Positions 56,637 through 64,000 of a DNA stretch of 64,000 nucleotides are shown here, in pieces (positions within the stretch are counted from its first letter, which is position 1; the number at the start of each line of letters is the position of its first letter). The notes below the pieces were generated by a model. That model did no database searches and was not told the origin of the DNA. It worked only from the letters and a program-made list of their open reading frames with translations. The stretch is from assembly GCA_947259095.1 (NCBI GenBank), contig CAMYLA010000011.1, positions 516-64,515 on the forward strand. The letters are read 5' to 3'. This stretch comes from an uncultured Acidimicrobiaceae bacterium. Its GTDB lineage: Bacteria; Actinomycetota; Acidimicrobiia; Acidimicrobiales; SZUA-35. Both the position numbers and the translations under genes were made by a program.

Positions 56637-57539
56637 TCAACAACCGCCACCGCTGGAGGGGCGATCCGGGATGGACGGGTCGACGACCTCCAGGTGAACA
56701 TGGGGCCAGGACGGCTCGGCGGTGAACTCGTCGACCTGGGAATCGAACGGCAGCGGCGTCGCCGACGGCGCCAACGCCGTGACCCCCGCCTCGACCCGAT
56801 CACCGGCGGCCACCATCACCCCGCTGATGTGCAGCACCTTGACCTCCCAGCCGGGACGGGCATCGGGTTCGATCACCACGAAGTCGTCATCATGCTCGCA
56901 GTACAGGATGTAGCCGCCGGCCCGCAGCACGGTGCCGGTCACCGGAGCCCGGATCTCGGTCCCCGGCTCGACGACAACGTCGGCCGCCGTGCTCGAACCG
57001 GTTCCCCGGTCCCGCGATTCGAGAACGAGGGGATGCACGGCGGAGGGGGCCGGCTCGAGCTGCCGTGCGCCATCGTGGTTCGATTCGTGGAACCCGACCC
57101 GTTCCACCCGATTCGATGGGTGGACCAGCGTGACCTCGGCGAAGCGTGCCATCTCGACCCAGGTCGGTGGTCCCAGGCCACGGGCGACCGTGCCGACGGC
57201 CTGGGCCTCGGCCTCCGGCTCGGACTGCTCTGCCGGCGCCGCGCCGGCGGGGGCGGTGGCCGGTTCCGACAGGTCCGGCACGGTCGAGCCGGCACCGGAT
57301 GCCTCGCTGCTCGGCGGCTCGATCGGTTGGGTCACGCCCGTCGAGCTGGGGGCCGACCCGATCGTCGAGGTTGTCTGGTCGGAGGTCGTCGTCGTGCCGT
57401 CGACGACCACGACACTCTGGATGCGCTCGCCTGGTGCCGCATCCTCGGCACCGACCTCCACCGTCGAAGCTTCGCCGCCACAAGAGGTGGCCAACACGGC
57501 AACCATGACCGACACAGCCACGGCTCGCAGTCTCAACAC
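56637..57539 (-). CDS. M23/LytM-family peptidase lipoprotein
   Basis: The C-terminal pattern GTEIRAPVTGTVLRAGG ... VKVLHISGVMVAAGDRVEAG ... WPHVHLEVV includes the H-x-H motif. The signal peptide with lipobox LRLRAVAVSVMVAVLATSC-GG begins at GTG 57539. The longer track ORF (to 58025) overlaps a well-supported plus-strand gene. Confidence 0.68.
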   Translation of the reverse strand: MLRLRAVAVSVMVAVLATSCGGEASTVEVGAEDAAPGERIQSVVVVDGTTTTSDQTTSTIGSAPSSTGVTQPIEPPSSEASGAGSTVPDLSEPATAPAGAAPAEQSEPEAEAQAVGTVARGLGPPTWVEMARFAEVTLVHPSNRVERVGFHESNHDGARQLEPAPSAVHPLVLESRDRGTGSSTAADVVVEPGTEIRAPVTGTVLRAGGYILYCEHDDDFVVIEPDARPGWEVKVLHISGVMVAAGDRVEAGVTALAPSATPLPFDSQVDEFTAEPSWPHVHLEVVDPSIPDRPSSGGGC

Positions 57540-57692
57540 GATCTGCTCCGAATCTCCGCGCCCGGGCCCGAACAAGACACTCGAACCTAGCGCACCGCCG
57601 CGGTGACACGCTGCACCCCCGACGCCGACAAGGTCTCGGGCACGGTGCCGCAGCGCGGTCCGATCCTCCGGTGACACCGCCACCTCGCAGAT

Positions 57693-57752
57693 CGCCACAG
57701 TGCCGACCACCACAGTGCCGACCGCCACAGTGCCGACCACCACAGCGCCGAC
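57693..57752. repeat. 4 x 15-bp tandem intergenic repeat (iteron-like)
   Basis: cgccacagtgccgac / caccacagtgccgac / cgccacagtgccgac / caccacagcgccgac. Each unit contains the dyad CAC-A-GTG. The array lies between the divergent M23 lipoprotein gene and a small TM-protein gene. Confidence 0.9.
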
Positions 57753-57800
57753 CGGCAGCCTGACGAGTATCGATCCCCATGTCAGAGCCCCGACCCTAGG

Positions 57801-57971
57801 ATGTTCGCCATGAACTGGTTCATCGACAACTGGCCACTGATTCTCGTCGCCCTGGCGCTGTTCATCATCGTGGCCGGGCTGATCCGGAGGGTGGCGAAGT
57901 TGGCCTTCCTCGGTGTGGCCATCGGCGCCTTGGGCCTCGTCGTCTGGCCTTACGTCACCGGGTCCTCGTGA
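57801..57971 (+). CDS. small two-TM membrane protein (56 aa)
   Basis: Not in the ORF track because it is under 60 aa. Read by hand as MFAMNWFIDNWPLILVALALFIIVAGLIRRVAKLAFLGVAIGALGLVVWPYVTGSS. GC3 is very high, and two hydrophobic helices are separated by RRVAK. ATG 57810 is an alternative start. Confidence 0.5.
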   Translation: MFAMNWFIDNWPLILVALALFIIVAGLIRRVAKLAFLGVAIGALGLVVWPYVTGSS

Positions 57972-58095
57972 CACCGCCATAGCGGGTTCCGAACACAACG
58001 TGACCGGCATCCGGCCGCTGGTCACCGGTAATCGGCCGCTGGTCGCCGGCGCCGCATCTCCTCAACCTCGGGGCCGGATCGACCGATCAACGAGC

Positions 58096-58821
58096 ATGGC
58101 AGAGCGGCGGACCAACAGAACCGGTTCATCGCGTTTCCGACCCCTGCTGCCATTGGCCGTGATCTGGTTCGCCGGATGCACACTGCTGGTCGTGCTCATG
58201 GTGCAGCGACAGGTGCCGTACGACGAGCTGCTGCTCGACCCCAACAGCATCAACAGGGTCCCGTGGTACACCGGCCTGGTCTCGAACCTCGGCATCCTGG
58301 GCTGGACGACGGCAACCGCCACCGGCTTCTTCGGGTGGTGGCTTGCCAGGTACGGGGGCCGAAACGCCGCCGCCACCATGCTGGGCCGTGGTGCGGTGTT
58401 GTCGACGATCCTGCTGCTCGACGATCTGTTCCAACTCCACGTTGCGGTCAAACCGCTGCTGGGGTTGTCGAAGCCGGTGGTCTACCTGGCCTACCTGATC
58501 GTGGCCGGCTGGTGGTTCGCCACCGGCCGGGAGGAGATCGCCAGAACCAGAACCGAACTGCTGCTGGCCTCCACCGCGGCCTTTGCCGGCTCGATCGTCA
58601 CCGACCAGGTCGGGGCGGCCCTGCCGGGGATCGACCAAGCGGGCGCCCTGCTCCTGGAAGACGCCTGCAAGTTCCTCGGTGTCCTGGCCTGGGCCCAGTA
58701 TTTTGTGCTGACCTCGAGCGACATCATGGAGTCGATCGTGACCGAACTCCGGGCCGAGCGATCGCAAGCCGACAAGGCGGATCGCTCCACCACCACCGAC
58801 ACGGCTCGGGCCTCGGTCTGA
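58096..58821 (+). CDS. hypothetical polytopic membrane protein
   Basis: From ATG 58096 (MAERRTNRTGSSRFRPLLPLAVIWFAGCTLLVV...) there are about 5-6 hydrophobic segments. I recognise no motif. Confidence 0.6.
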   Translation: MAERRTNRTGSSRFRPLLPLAVIWFAGCTLLVVLMVQRQVPYDELLLDPNSINRVPWYTGLVSNLGILGWTTATATGFFGWWLARYGGRNAAATMLGRGAVLSTILLLDDLFQLHVAVKPLLGLSKPVVYLAYLIVAGWWFATGREEIARTRTELLLASTAAFAGSIVTDQVGAALPGIDQAGALLLEDACKFLGVLAWAQYFVLTSSDIMESIVTELRAERSQADKADRSTTTDTARASV

Positions 58822-58894
58822 GCACGGCGGCCGTTGGCCGAGCGAGCGGTGGGTCTGTCGAGCGGGGGGCCATGATCAAGCCGGACGGGGCCGG

Positions 58895-59581
58895 TCAGCC
58901 GGCGTCAGGGTCGGTCGCTTCGCCTTCGAGGATCTCCTCGTACTGTTCGACGCTGATCCTGCCCCCCTCCGCCTCGACCTGCGACCGTTCCGCGGTCGAC
59001 AGCACGTCCTGCATCACATCGATCCGCTTCCAGGGGGCCAGTGGGGCCCGGCCCTCATCGTCGGGGACATAGCGCGACGTCTCCACCCGATCGTGGCGAT
59101 GCACGTATCGGGGGCAGTTGGTGAACGCGGCGGTGATCTCGACCCGGACGATCAGCTCCGCTCCCGGGTATCGACCGGCCAGGTCGCTCGACCGGTCGGC
59201 ACCCTCGATGGTGGCCCTACCCTGGACCCGGAGCCTGGTCGGCTTCACGAAGTCGATGAACAGCAGGCCGACCTTTGCCGTTTCCGCCAGATTGCCCATC
59301 GACAGGTACATGCCGTTGCCGTCATAGCTCGGAAACGCCAGCGTGCCGGGGTCGACGACGGTCACCAGACCAACACCTCCACCCTTGTACGACACCGTGG
59401 GGAAGCCGTCGTCGCCGACCGTCGACAGGAAGAAGAAGTCACGGCCGGCCACGAACTCCTGGTCGGCGTCGCTGAGCCGATCTGCGATGATCGCCGCCTC
59501 CAGCCGATCGGCCAACGCAACGGTCTCGAATTGCTCCTGCAATCGGCGTGACGACTCGCTGTAGAAGCTGCTCATTGCCAA
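58895..59581 (-). CDS. pyridoxamine 5'-phosphate oxidase-like FMN-binding split-barrel protein
   Basis: The pattern FFFLSTVGDDGFPTVSYKGG...AFPSYDGNGMYLSMGN is typical of the PNPOx-like family. Confidence 0.75.
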   Translation of the reverse strand: MAMSSFYSESSRRLQEQFETVALADRLEAAIIADRLSDADQEFVAGRDFFFLSTVGDDGFPTVSYKGGGVGLVTVVDPGTLAFPSYDGNGMYLSMGNLAETAKVGLLFIDFVKPTRLRVQGRATIEGADRSSDLAGRYPGAELIVRVEITAAFTNCPRYVHRHDRVETSRYVPDDEGRAPLAPWKRIDVMQDVLSTAERSQVEAEGGRISVEQYEEILEGEATDPDAG

Positions 59582-59602
59582 ACGCTAACAGCGCCACCCC
59601 AG

Positions 59603-59639
59603 CCGGGCACGAGCGCCCGGTCGACCGGGGTTGCCCCGG
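59603..59639 (-). terminator. candidate terminator hairpins downstream of phaC
   Basis: CCGGGC-acgagc-GCCCGG (59603-59620) and CCGGGG-ttg-CCCCGG (59625-59639), in the 90-nt gap after the phaC stop. No U-tract. Confidence 0.3.
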
Positions 59640-59671
59640 ACCGGACCTCCGTTTGGCGCCCGCCGGGGCGG

Positions 59672-60886
59672 TCAGGCCCCGCCCGCTGCCTCTGCCGGGT
59701 CGCTGTGGTCCAGCATCCAGCCCGACATCGCCGGCATGCACTTCGTCCTTGCTCCCCTGCCGACGATCAGGCCGACGTGGCCGGCCGGCAGCACGATCTG
59801 GGTCTTGTCGTCGGAGCCGACCAGCCCGTCGAGGGCCAAGCTGGCCGCGGCGGGGACGATGTGGTCCCGTTCGGCCAGGACGTTGAGGAACGGGACCTCA
59901 ATGTCGGACAGATGGATCGACCGGCCGTTCATGACGATGCGATCGTTCACGAACCCGTTGTCGTCATTGAAGGTCTTGACCGTCTGCTTGAAGGCCGCCC
60001 CCGGGAACGGCACGTGGTTGCGGCCCCAACCGGTCATCGCTTGGTAGGAGGCGAGGAACTTGTCGTCGTCCAGTCGCTCCCAGAAGTCGGCGTAGGTGGC
60101 CAGATCGGCGGTCGGGGTCAGCAGGGTGAATCCTGCCCGAACCGTTCTGGCCGGGACGTTGCCATCGAGATCGAGAATGTCGTCCGGGTCGGTCCCGTCG
60201 CCGCCGACACCGCTCATCGCCGGTGGCATGTGATCGAAGTCGACCGGCGTGGCCATGACCACCAGGTTGCGGATCGGGTCGTGCGGATGTCCGGCGGCGT
60301 ACAGCAGCGAAAGCAGGCCGCCGAAGCAGTAGCCGAACACGGTGACACCGTTGCCACCACCGAGATCGTCGATCAGGGCCACCGCATCGGGCAGATGATC
60401 GTCGACGTAGGTCTCGAGCGTGTTTGCTGCATCGTCTTCGTCCGGGACGCCCCAGTCGAGCAGGAACACGTCGAATCCTTCATCGAGCAGGTGCTCCACG
60501 AAACTGTTGCCGGGCTGCAGGTCGAGGATGTAGGCCCGGCTGACCAGGCTCATCACCAACAGGACCGGGGGTCGGACCGACCGGTCATCGCTGCGGTAGC
60601 GATAGAGCACCGACTTGCCACGTGACCAGACCTCGTCCCGGGGGGTAATACCGACCTGGGCCCGGTCGATGCCGAACAGGTGGCGGGTCAGATTCCAGCT
60701 TCGTTTTGCACCCTTCGTGAACTCCCGGCTCACCAAGTCGAACGGGTCTGGCAGACCGCCGCCGGGCTTCGCTCCGTTGTCGACTCCGCCGCTGTCGGCA
60801 GAGGCCGACGAGGACCGGGGGGTCGGGGACGAGGCCGAGGAGGAAGAGGAGGAGGAGGAGGAGGAGGAAGAGGCTTTCCGGGTCAT
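59672..60886 (-). CDS. phaC: class III/IV-type poly(R)-hydroxyalkanoate synthase PhaC with a poly-serine N-terminal extension
   Basis: Lipase-box-like motif with the catalytic Cys: VFGYCFGGLLSL. Also PVLLVMSLVSRAYILDL and FDVFLLDWG. The N-terminus is MTRKASSSSSSSSSSSSASSPTPRSSSASADSGG. Confidence 0.85.
   Translation of the reverse strand: MTRKASSSSSSSSSSSSASSPTPRSSSASADSGGVDNGAKPGGGLPDPFDLVSREFTKGAKRSWNLTRHLFGIDRAQVGITPRDEVWSRGKSVLYRYRSDDRSVRPPVLLVMSLVSRAYILDLQPGNSFVEHLLDEGFDVFLLDWGVPDEDDAANTLETYVDDHLPDAVALIDDLGGGNGVTVFGYCFGGLLSLLYAAGHPHDPIRNLVVMATPVDFDHMPPAMSGVGGDGTDPDDILDLDGNVPARTVRAGFTLLTPTADLATYADFWERLDDDKFLASYQAMTGWGRNHVPFPGAAFKQTVKTFNDDNGFVNDRIVMNGRSIHLSDIEVPFLNVLAERDHIVPAAASLALDGLVGSDDKTQIVLPAGHVGLIVGRGARTKCMPAMSGWMLDHSDPAEAAGGA
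60837..60872. repeat. trinucleotide repeat (GAG/GAA)12 on the plus strand = (TCC/TCT)12 poly-Ser codons on the minus strand
   Basis: Read directly. It encodes the Ser12 run at PhaC residues 6-17. Confidence 0.92.
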
Positions 60887-61299
60887 CGCCGGGCCTTGCC
60901 GGCCGAGGTCTTCTTGCCGGCGCCGTTGCTCGAGTTGTTCGAGCGCTTGGCCGGGGCCTTCCTCTTGGCGCCGTTGGCATCACCGATGGTGGCCAGGGCG
61001 GCCAATCGCTCGGTGGTCCGGTCTTCGCCGTTGTCCTGCAGCGCCCGCCGAAGCACGCCGACCTCGCGTTCCAGGTCGGTGATCTGCCGTCGTAGCCGGC
61101 GCATGTCGGTGGCGGCCGGGAGGTTGAAGGCGTGGAGCCACTGCCGGGACGCCGCCTCGGACTGCTTCCTGGCCGCAGCGTTCCATCGGGCCATCGTGGC
61201 CGTCACATCACGGAACTCGGTGGAAGCGGTCAGCTCCTCGAGGCCGGGCGCCACCGCTTTTTCCCACGTGTCGAACAACTGGCGCCATCTGGGGGCCAT
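60883..61299 (-). CDS. small PHA synthase partner / granule-associated protein (PhaE/PhaR-like) with a Lys-rich basic tail
   Basis: ATGA overlap with phaC at 60883-60886. The coiled-coil motif FNLPAATDMRRLRRQITDLEREVGVLRRAL resembles the conserved 'LxxPTRxDxxxLxxxLxxLxxxV' segment of PhaE/phasin-type proteins. The C-terminal tail reads GAKRKAPAKRSNNSSNGAGKKTSAGKARR. The start is ATG 61299, with GGAGGAAAC upstream. Confidence 0.6.
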   Translation of the reverse strand: MAPRWRQLFDTWEKAVAPGLEELTASTEFRDVTATMARWNAAARKQSEAASRQWLHAFNLPAATDMRRLRRQITDLEREVGVLRRALQDNGEDRTTERLAALATIGDANGAKRKAPAKRSNNSSNGAGKKTSAGKARR

Positions 61300-61369
61300 G
61301 GTTTCCTCCGGATCACAGGCTGGAAGGGCGGAATCGCCCTCGTCAAATAAGCATGCCTGACGTAATGCA

Positions 61370-61398
61370 AGTATCTCCGGGGAGAGGGGTACTGTCAA
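61370..61398 (-). promoter_or_regulatory. candidate sigma-70-type promoter for the phaE-like/phaC operon
   Basis: On the minus strand: TTGACA (61398-61393), a 17-nt spacer, then GATACT (61375-61370), inside an AT-rich divergent region shared with the marR gene. Confidence 0.4.
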
Positions 61399-61440
61399 AC
61401 CCTTCTCCTTTCGTGATAGGTGTCATACACTGTGCAAATA

Positions 61441-61986
61441 ATGACGACCGATGCCGACCCCGACGACCCCGCCAACGATCCGCAGCCCCGCAAGACGCTT
61501 GCCGTTGCGCTGGACGCAATCGGCGACGACTGGGCCATCGACGACAAGCTCGCTGCGCTCTGGCGGTCGGCCCGCCTCGGCCCGACCGTCGAACGACTCC
61601 GCCGCCATGTCCTCCAGGGAGGCACTCGATCGATCGAGCCCGGCCAGTTCCGGGCCCTGGATGCGGTGGCGGCCCACGGACCGTGCCCGGTCAGCGAGCT
61701 GGCGATGACGATGGGGGTCGAGCCGTCCACGGTCACCAGGGCCACGTCGCGGCTGGAGGATGCCGGCCTGATCAAGAAGTCCAGGGCGGCGAGAGATCAC
61801 CGACAGGTGCTGCTCGAGCTGACCCAAGAAGGAGCGGAACTCCACCGATTCTTCGTCGACCGGGCATTCGAGATCTACCAGCAGATCTTTGCCGTGTTCA
61901 CCACCGACGAGCGGGTCCTGCTGGCCGATCTGTTGGAGCGAATGCTCAAATCGACCGACCTGGCGCTGGCCGACATCGAGGCCTGA
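61441..61986 (+). CDS. MarR-family transcriptional regulator
   Basis: The wHTH reads PVSELAMTMGVEPSTVTRATSRLEDAGLIKKSRAARDHRQVLLELTQEG. The start is ATG 61441 or GTG 61420. TACACT at 61426-61431 could be a -10 element for a near-leaderless transcript. Confidence 0.8.
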   Translation: MTTDADPDDPANDPQPRKTLAVALDAIGDDWAIDDKLAALWRSARLGPTVERLRRHVLQGGTRSIEPGQFRALDAVAAHGPCPVSELAMTMGVEPSTVTRATSRLEDAGLIKKSRAARDHRQVLLELTQEGAELHRFFVDRAFEIYQQIFAVFTTDERVLLADLLERMLKSTDLALADIEA

Positions 61987-62114
61987 GGGCCGTTTCGAGG
62001 CTGCGACGAATTCGGACCATCCCGACCCGGTCGGGTACGGTTGGTTAGATTCCCAAACGAACCTCCAAACAGGAGATCCAATGAGAGGGCGGGCCGCAGC
62101 CCGAAGGAGCGATC

Positions 62115-63194
62115 TTGGTGACCATTGCCGAAGAATTGCTTGGCCAGACAAGAGACTGGTTCGTCGGGCATCGGGAAACCGATTTGCCCCGGGTCCGGCG
62201 TCGCCCCGATGTTGTCGGCAAATGGCTCGTGGACGAGTGGGCACTCCAGGCCGAGCTTGCCAACAACCGGACCCGTTGGCCGTCGATCGATTTTCGTCGC
62301 CGGCTGCGGTCCGAACTGGGCGATGCGGTCGAGATGTTCAACGAACGGGGCTGGGTCGACGATCCGCGCTCCTATCATCACGACCCGCCGCCGCTCGAGC
62401 ATCCGAACCTCGAGGAACGGCGATCGGGACCGTTCCGCTACGAGCAGTTGACGTTCGAGAGCGGGTACGAGCCGCATCACGATGAGCCGGGCCGAGAGCG
62501 CTGGTTGCAGTACGTCAACGGCTATCGAACCGGTAGCCCGATTGTCGACCTCGCCGCCTTCAACGCCCGATGGCTGCATCACAACCTCGGACTCAATCTG
62601 GCGTTCCCGGTCCAGCCGCTGCACGGGCCGCGAGCCGCAGGCTCGTCCGGGGATCGGGTGATGTTCGCCGGCGCCATGAACACGGTGCATACCGCGGCCC
62701 AGGCGCTGTGGGACATCAGGCGTCTCAAGAGCTGGATAACCGACGTCGAACAGGCCCCGGCGGTCGGCGCCAGCGGGATCTCCCTCGGTGGCTTTCTTAC
62801 CGCACTGTTGGTCTGTTTCGAGGGCGACCTGGCCTGCGCCATCGCCGGGATTCCCGAGTGCGATCTGGTCCGCGGCATGCGGCGCAACGTCGAGCCCCTG
62901 CTCCCCCCGTTCTACGAGCAGTGGGGCCTGAGTTGGCGCTCGCTGGAGCGGGCCAGTCGCGTGGTGTCACCGCTGGCCATGGATCCGATGCTGCCGCCGG
63001 AGAAGCTCTTCATCTACGCCGGCCTCGTCGATCGCTGGGTCCGACCGGGCAACGTCAAGACCCTCTGGGAGCAGTGGGGCCGACCGGACATCTGTTGGTA
63101 TTCCGGCGGACACCTGTCGTTTCCCTTCGAGCCCGAGGTCAAGCGGTTCGTCGACGGTGCGCTGCGGAGCTCCGGGCTGGTGGCAACGGGCTGA
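62115..63194 (+). CDS. alpha/beta-hydrolase fold protein
   Basis: The nucleophile elbow G-x-S-x-G is visible as GASGISLGGF. GAAGGAG lies 5-8 nt upstream of the TTG 62115 / GTG 62118 start. Confidence 0.7.
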   Translation: MVTIAEELLGQTRDWFVGHRETDLPRVRRRPDVVGKWLVDEWALQAELANNRTRWPSIDFRRRLRSELGDAVEMFNERGWVDDPRSYHHDPPPLEHPNLEERRSGPFRYEQLTFESGYEPHHDEPGRERWLQYVNGYRTGSPIVDLAAFNARWLHHNLGLNLAFPVQPLHGPRAAGSSGDRVMFAGAMNTVHTAAQALWDIRRLKSWITDVEQAPAVGASGISLGGFLTALLVCFEGDLACAIAGIPECDLVRGMRRNVEPLLPPFYEQWGLSWRSLERASRVVSPLAMDPMLPPEKLFIYAGLVDRWVRPGNVKTLWEQWGRPDICWYSGGHLSFPFEPEVKRFVDGALRSSGLVATG

Positions 63195-63277
63195 ACCTCC
63201 CGCCACGTCACTCGGCTCAGCGTCGTTGCCCGGCCGGTTTTCGCCCCGCGCCAACCACTCGGTGAGGGCCGGGATGG

Positions 63278-63856
63278 TCAGGCGGAGCCGGACGACCGGG
63301 GAAAGGCCGAGCGCATCCAGCCCGGCCTGCGGAACGGCTGCCAGTCGGCCGGGGACTGGCCCAGCCGGTCGACGACGGCCGCCACCACGGCCGGGTCGAA
63401 GCCCAAGGTGGCATGGGTCGATCGGACCTCGATGTTCTCCCGGCGGTAGCCATCGTCGATCGACGCATTGCGCCAACCGACGACCCGGTCGTTGCGGGAC
63501 CAGATCGACGTCAGCGGGATGGCCGCCGGCACCGACACGTCGGCCATCGTCCGCAGGGGACTGCCAAGCGTGATGACCTGCTCCACCTGGGCCGGGAAAC
63601 GATTGGCCAGCGCCCAGGCATGGATGCCGCCGAGGCTCCATCCGACCAGGGCGATCGGCCGCTCGTGACGGGCCACCAGTTCGAGCAGCCGGTCCCGCAG
63701 GGCGGCCGACAGCGTCTCGCCGAGGCCGCTGTTGCGGCCGACGTTCCACCGGTGGGTGGGATGCCCGGCCAGGCTCAGCCCGGTTCGCAGCCCGACCGTC
63801 GAGCCGTCGCCGGCGCCGAAGCCGGGCAGCACCAGGGTGGGAACCCGGTCCGACAC
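63278..63856 (-). CDS. small alpha/beta hydrolase (esterase/lipase-like)
   Basis: The N-terminus PTLVLPGFGAGDGS and the nucleophile elbow LVGWSLGGIHA are present. Confidence 0.7.
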   Translation of the reverse strand: MSDRVPTLVLPGFGAGDGSTVGLRTGLSLAGHPTHRWNVGRNSGLGETLSAALRDRLLELVARHERPIALVGWSLGGIHAWALANRFPAQVEQVITLGSPLRTMADVSVPAAIPLTSIWSRNDRVVGWRNASIDDGYRRENIEVRSTHATLGFDPAVVAAVVDRLGQSPADWQPFRRPGWMRSAFPRSSGSA

Positions 63857-63863
63857 GGGCGGC

Positions 63864-64000
63864 TCAGGCCCCCGACCCGAAGCCGAGACCGTCGAGCCAG
63901 GCGATCAGATCGGCCTCGACCTCATCCCGATTGGTCTCGTTCAGCATCTCGTGGCGGCCATGCTGATACAGCCGCAGCGTCACGCCGTCGATGCCGAGCG
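63864..64000 (-). CDS. C-terminal fragment of an alpha/beta hydrolase (lysophospholipase/monoacylglycerol-lipase-like); gene continues beyond the window
   Basis: The hand translation ...TLRLYQHGRHEMLNETNRDEVEADLIAWLDGLGFGSGA-stop shows the catalytic-His region pattern H-E-x-x-N-E. Only 44 codons are visible. Confidence 0.5.
   Translation of the reverse strand, partial: LGIDGVTLRLYQHGRHEMLNETNRDEVEADLIAWLDGLGFGSGA

Noticed and set aside
57693-57813. A plus-strand mini-ORF through the 15-bp repeats encoding (T)VPT(T/A)T repeats. Also, the CACAGTG core is identical to the V(D)J recombination heptamer.
   Set aside because: The frame has a TGA at 57604-57606 and no ATG. Its only possible starts are GTG codons inside the repeat itself, and it would overlap the start of the well-supported small TM gene. 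The heptamer identity is a coincidence with no meaning in a bacterium.
60680-61360. A plus-strand ORF encoding a poly-Glu/Arg-Gly-rich product (GRGRGGRGGGGGGGRG...) opposite phaC/phaE.
   Set aside because: It is the antisense reading of the poly-Ser trinucleotide repeat and of the PhaE-like gene. The minus-strand frames carry the PhaC catalytic box and a coupled ATGA junction.

Overview
This is a high-GC, densely packed chromosomal segment of actinobacterial type. Hand counts of 100-nt samples give about 72% GC in typical genes. The coding frame is marked by very high third-position GC. Phylum and class cannot be proven from the sequence alone. I support about 55 CDS. I recognised no rRNA, tRNA, CRISPR array, transposase or prophage gene.

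Most of the content is catabolic:
- a molybdopterin oxidoreductase, an MBL hydrolase and two acyl-CoA synthetases;
- a methylcrotonyl-CoA-carboxylase-like alpha/beta pair with an FMN alpha-hydroxy-acid dehydrogenase, divergent from MaoC, GNAT, VOC and ACAD genes;
- a LysR-controlled operon encoding two dimethylglycine/sarcosine-dehydrogenase-type enzymes, a non-pyrrolysine MttB-family methyltransferase and an MFS transporter;
- a TauD / crotonase / FAH / FAD-monooxygenase / DUF1971-like operon;
- a DUF35 / SCPx-thiolase / crotonase / amidase / lipoprotein operon;
- Lhr helicase;
- MhpD-LigAB ring-cleavage genes;
- a class III/IV-type PHA synthase pair with a MarR regulator and three alpha/beta hydrolases.

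The two most unusual loci are these:
1. At 32863-38695, a translationally coupled trio in which two Cache-HAMP-cyclase-homology membrane sensors bracket an MscS-type channel that carries a cNMP-binding-like domain. By eye, all three nucleotide-handling sites look degenerate.
2. At 54696-56015, a protein with an N-terminal TIR-like/flavodoxin-like domain, one TM helix, a perfect 3 x 24-nt repeat and a Cys-containing extracytoplasmic domain. It sits next to other envelope genes and a 4 x 15-bp intergenic iteron.

Other points worth noting:
- a RecA-independent (PafBC-type) DNA-damage promoter-like motif upstream of lhr;
- a low-GC SDR gene next to a truncated PPOX gene;
- several in-frame tandem duplications;
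- many ATGA/GTGA start-stop overlaps.

All functional calls rest on motifs I could read in the translated ORFs. No database search was run.
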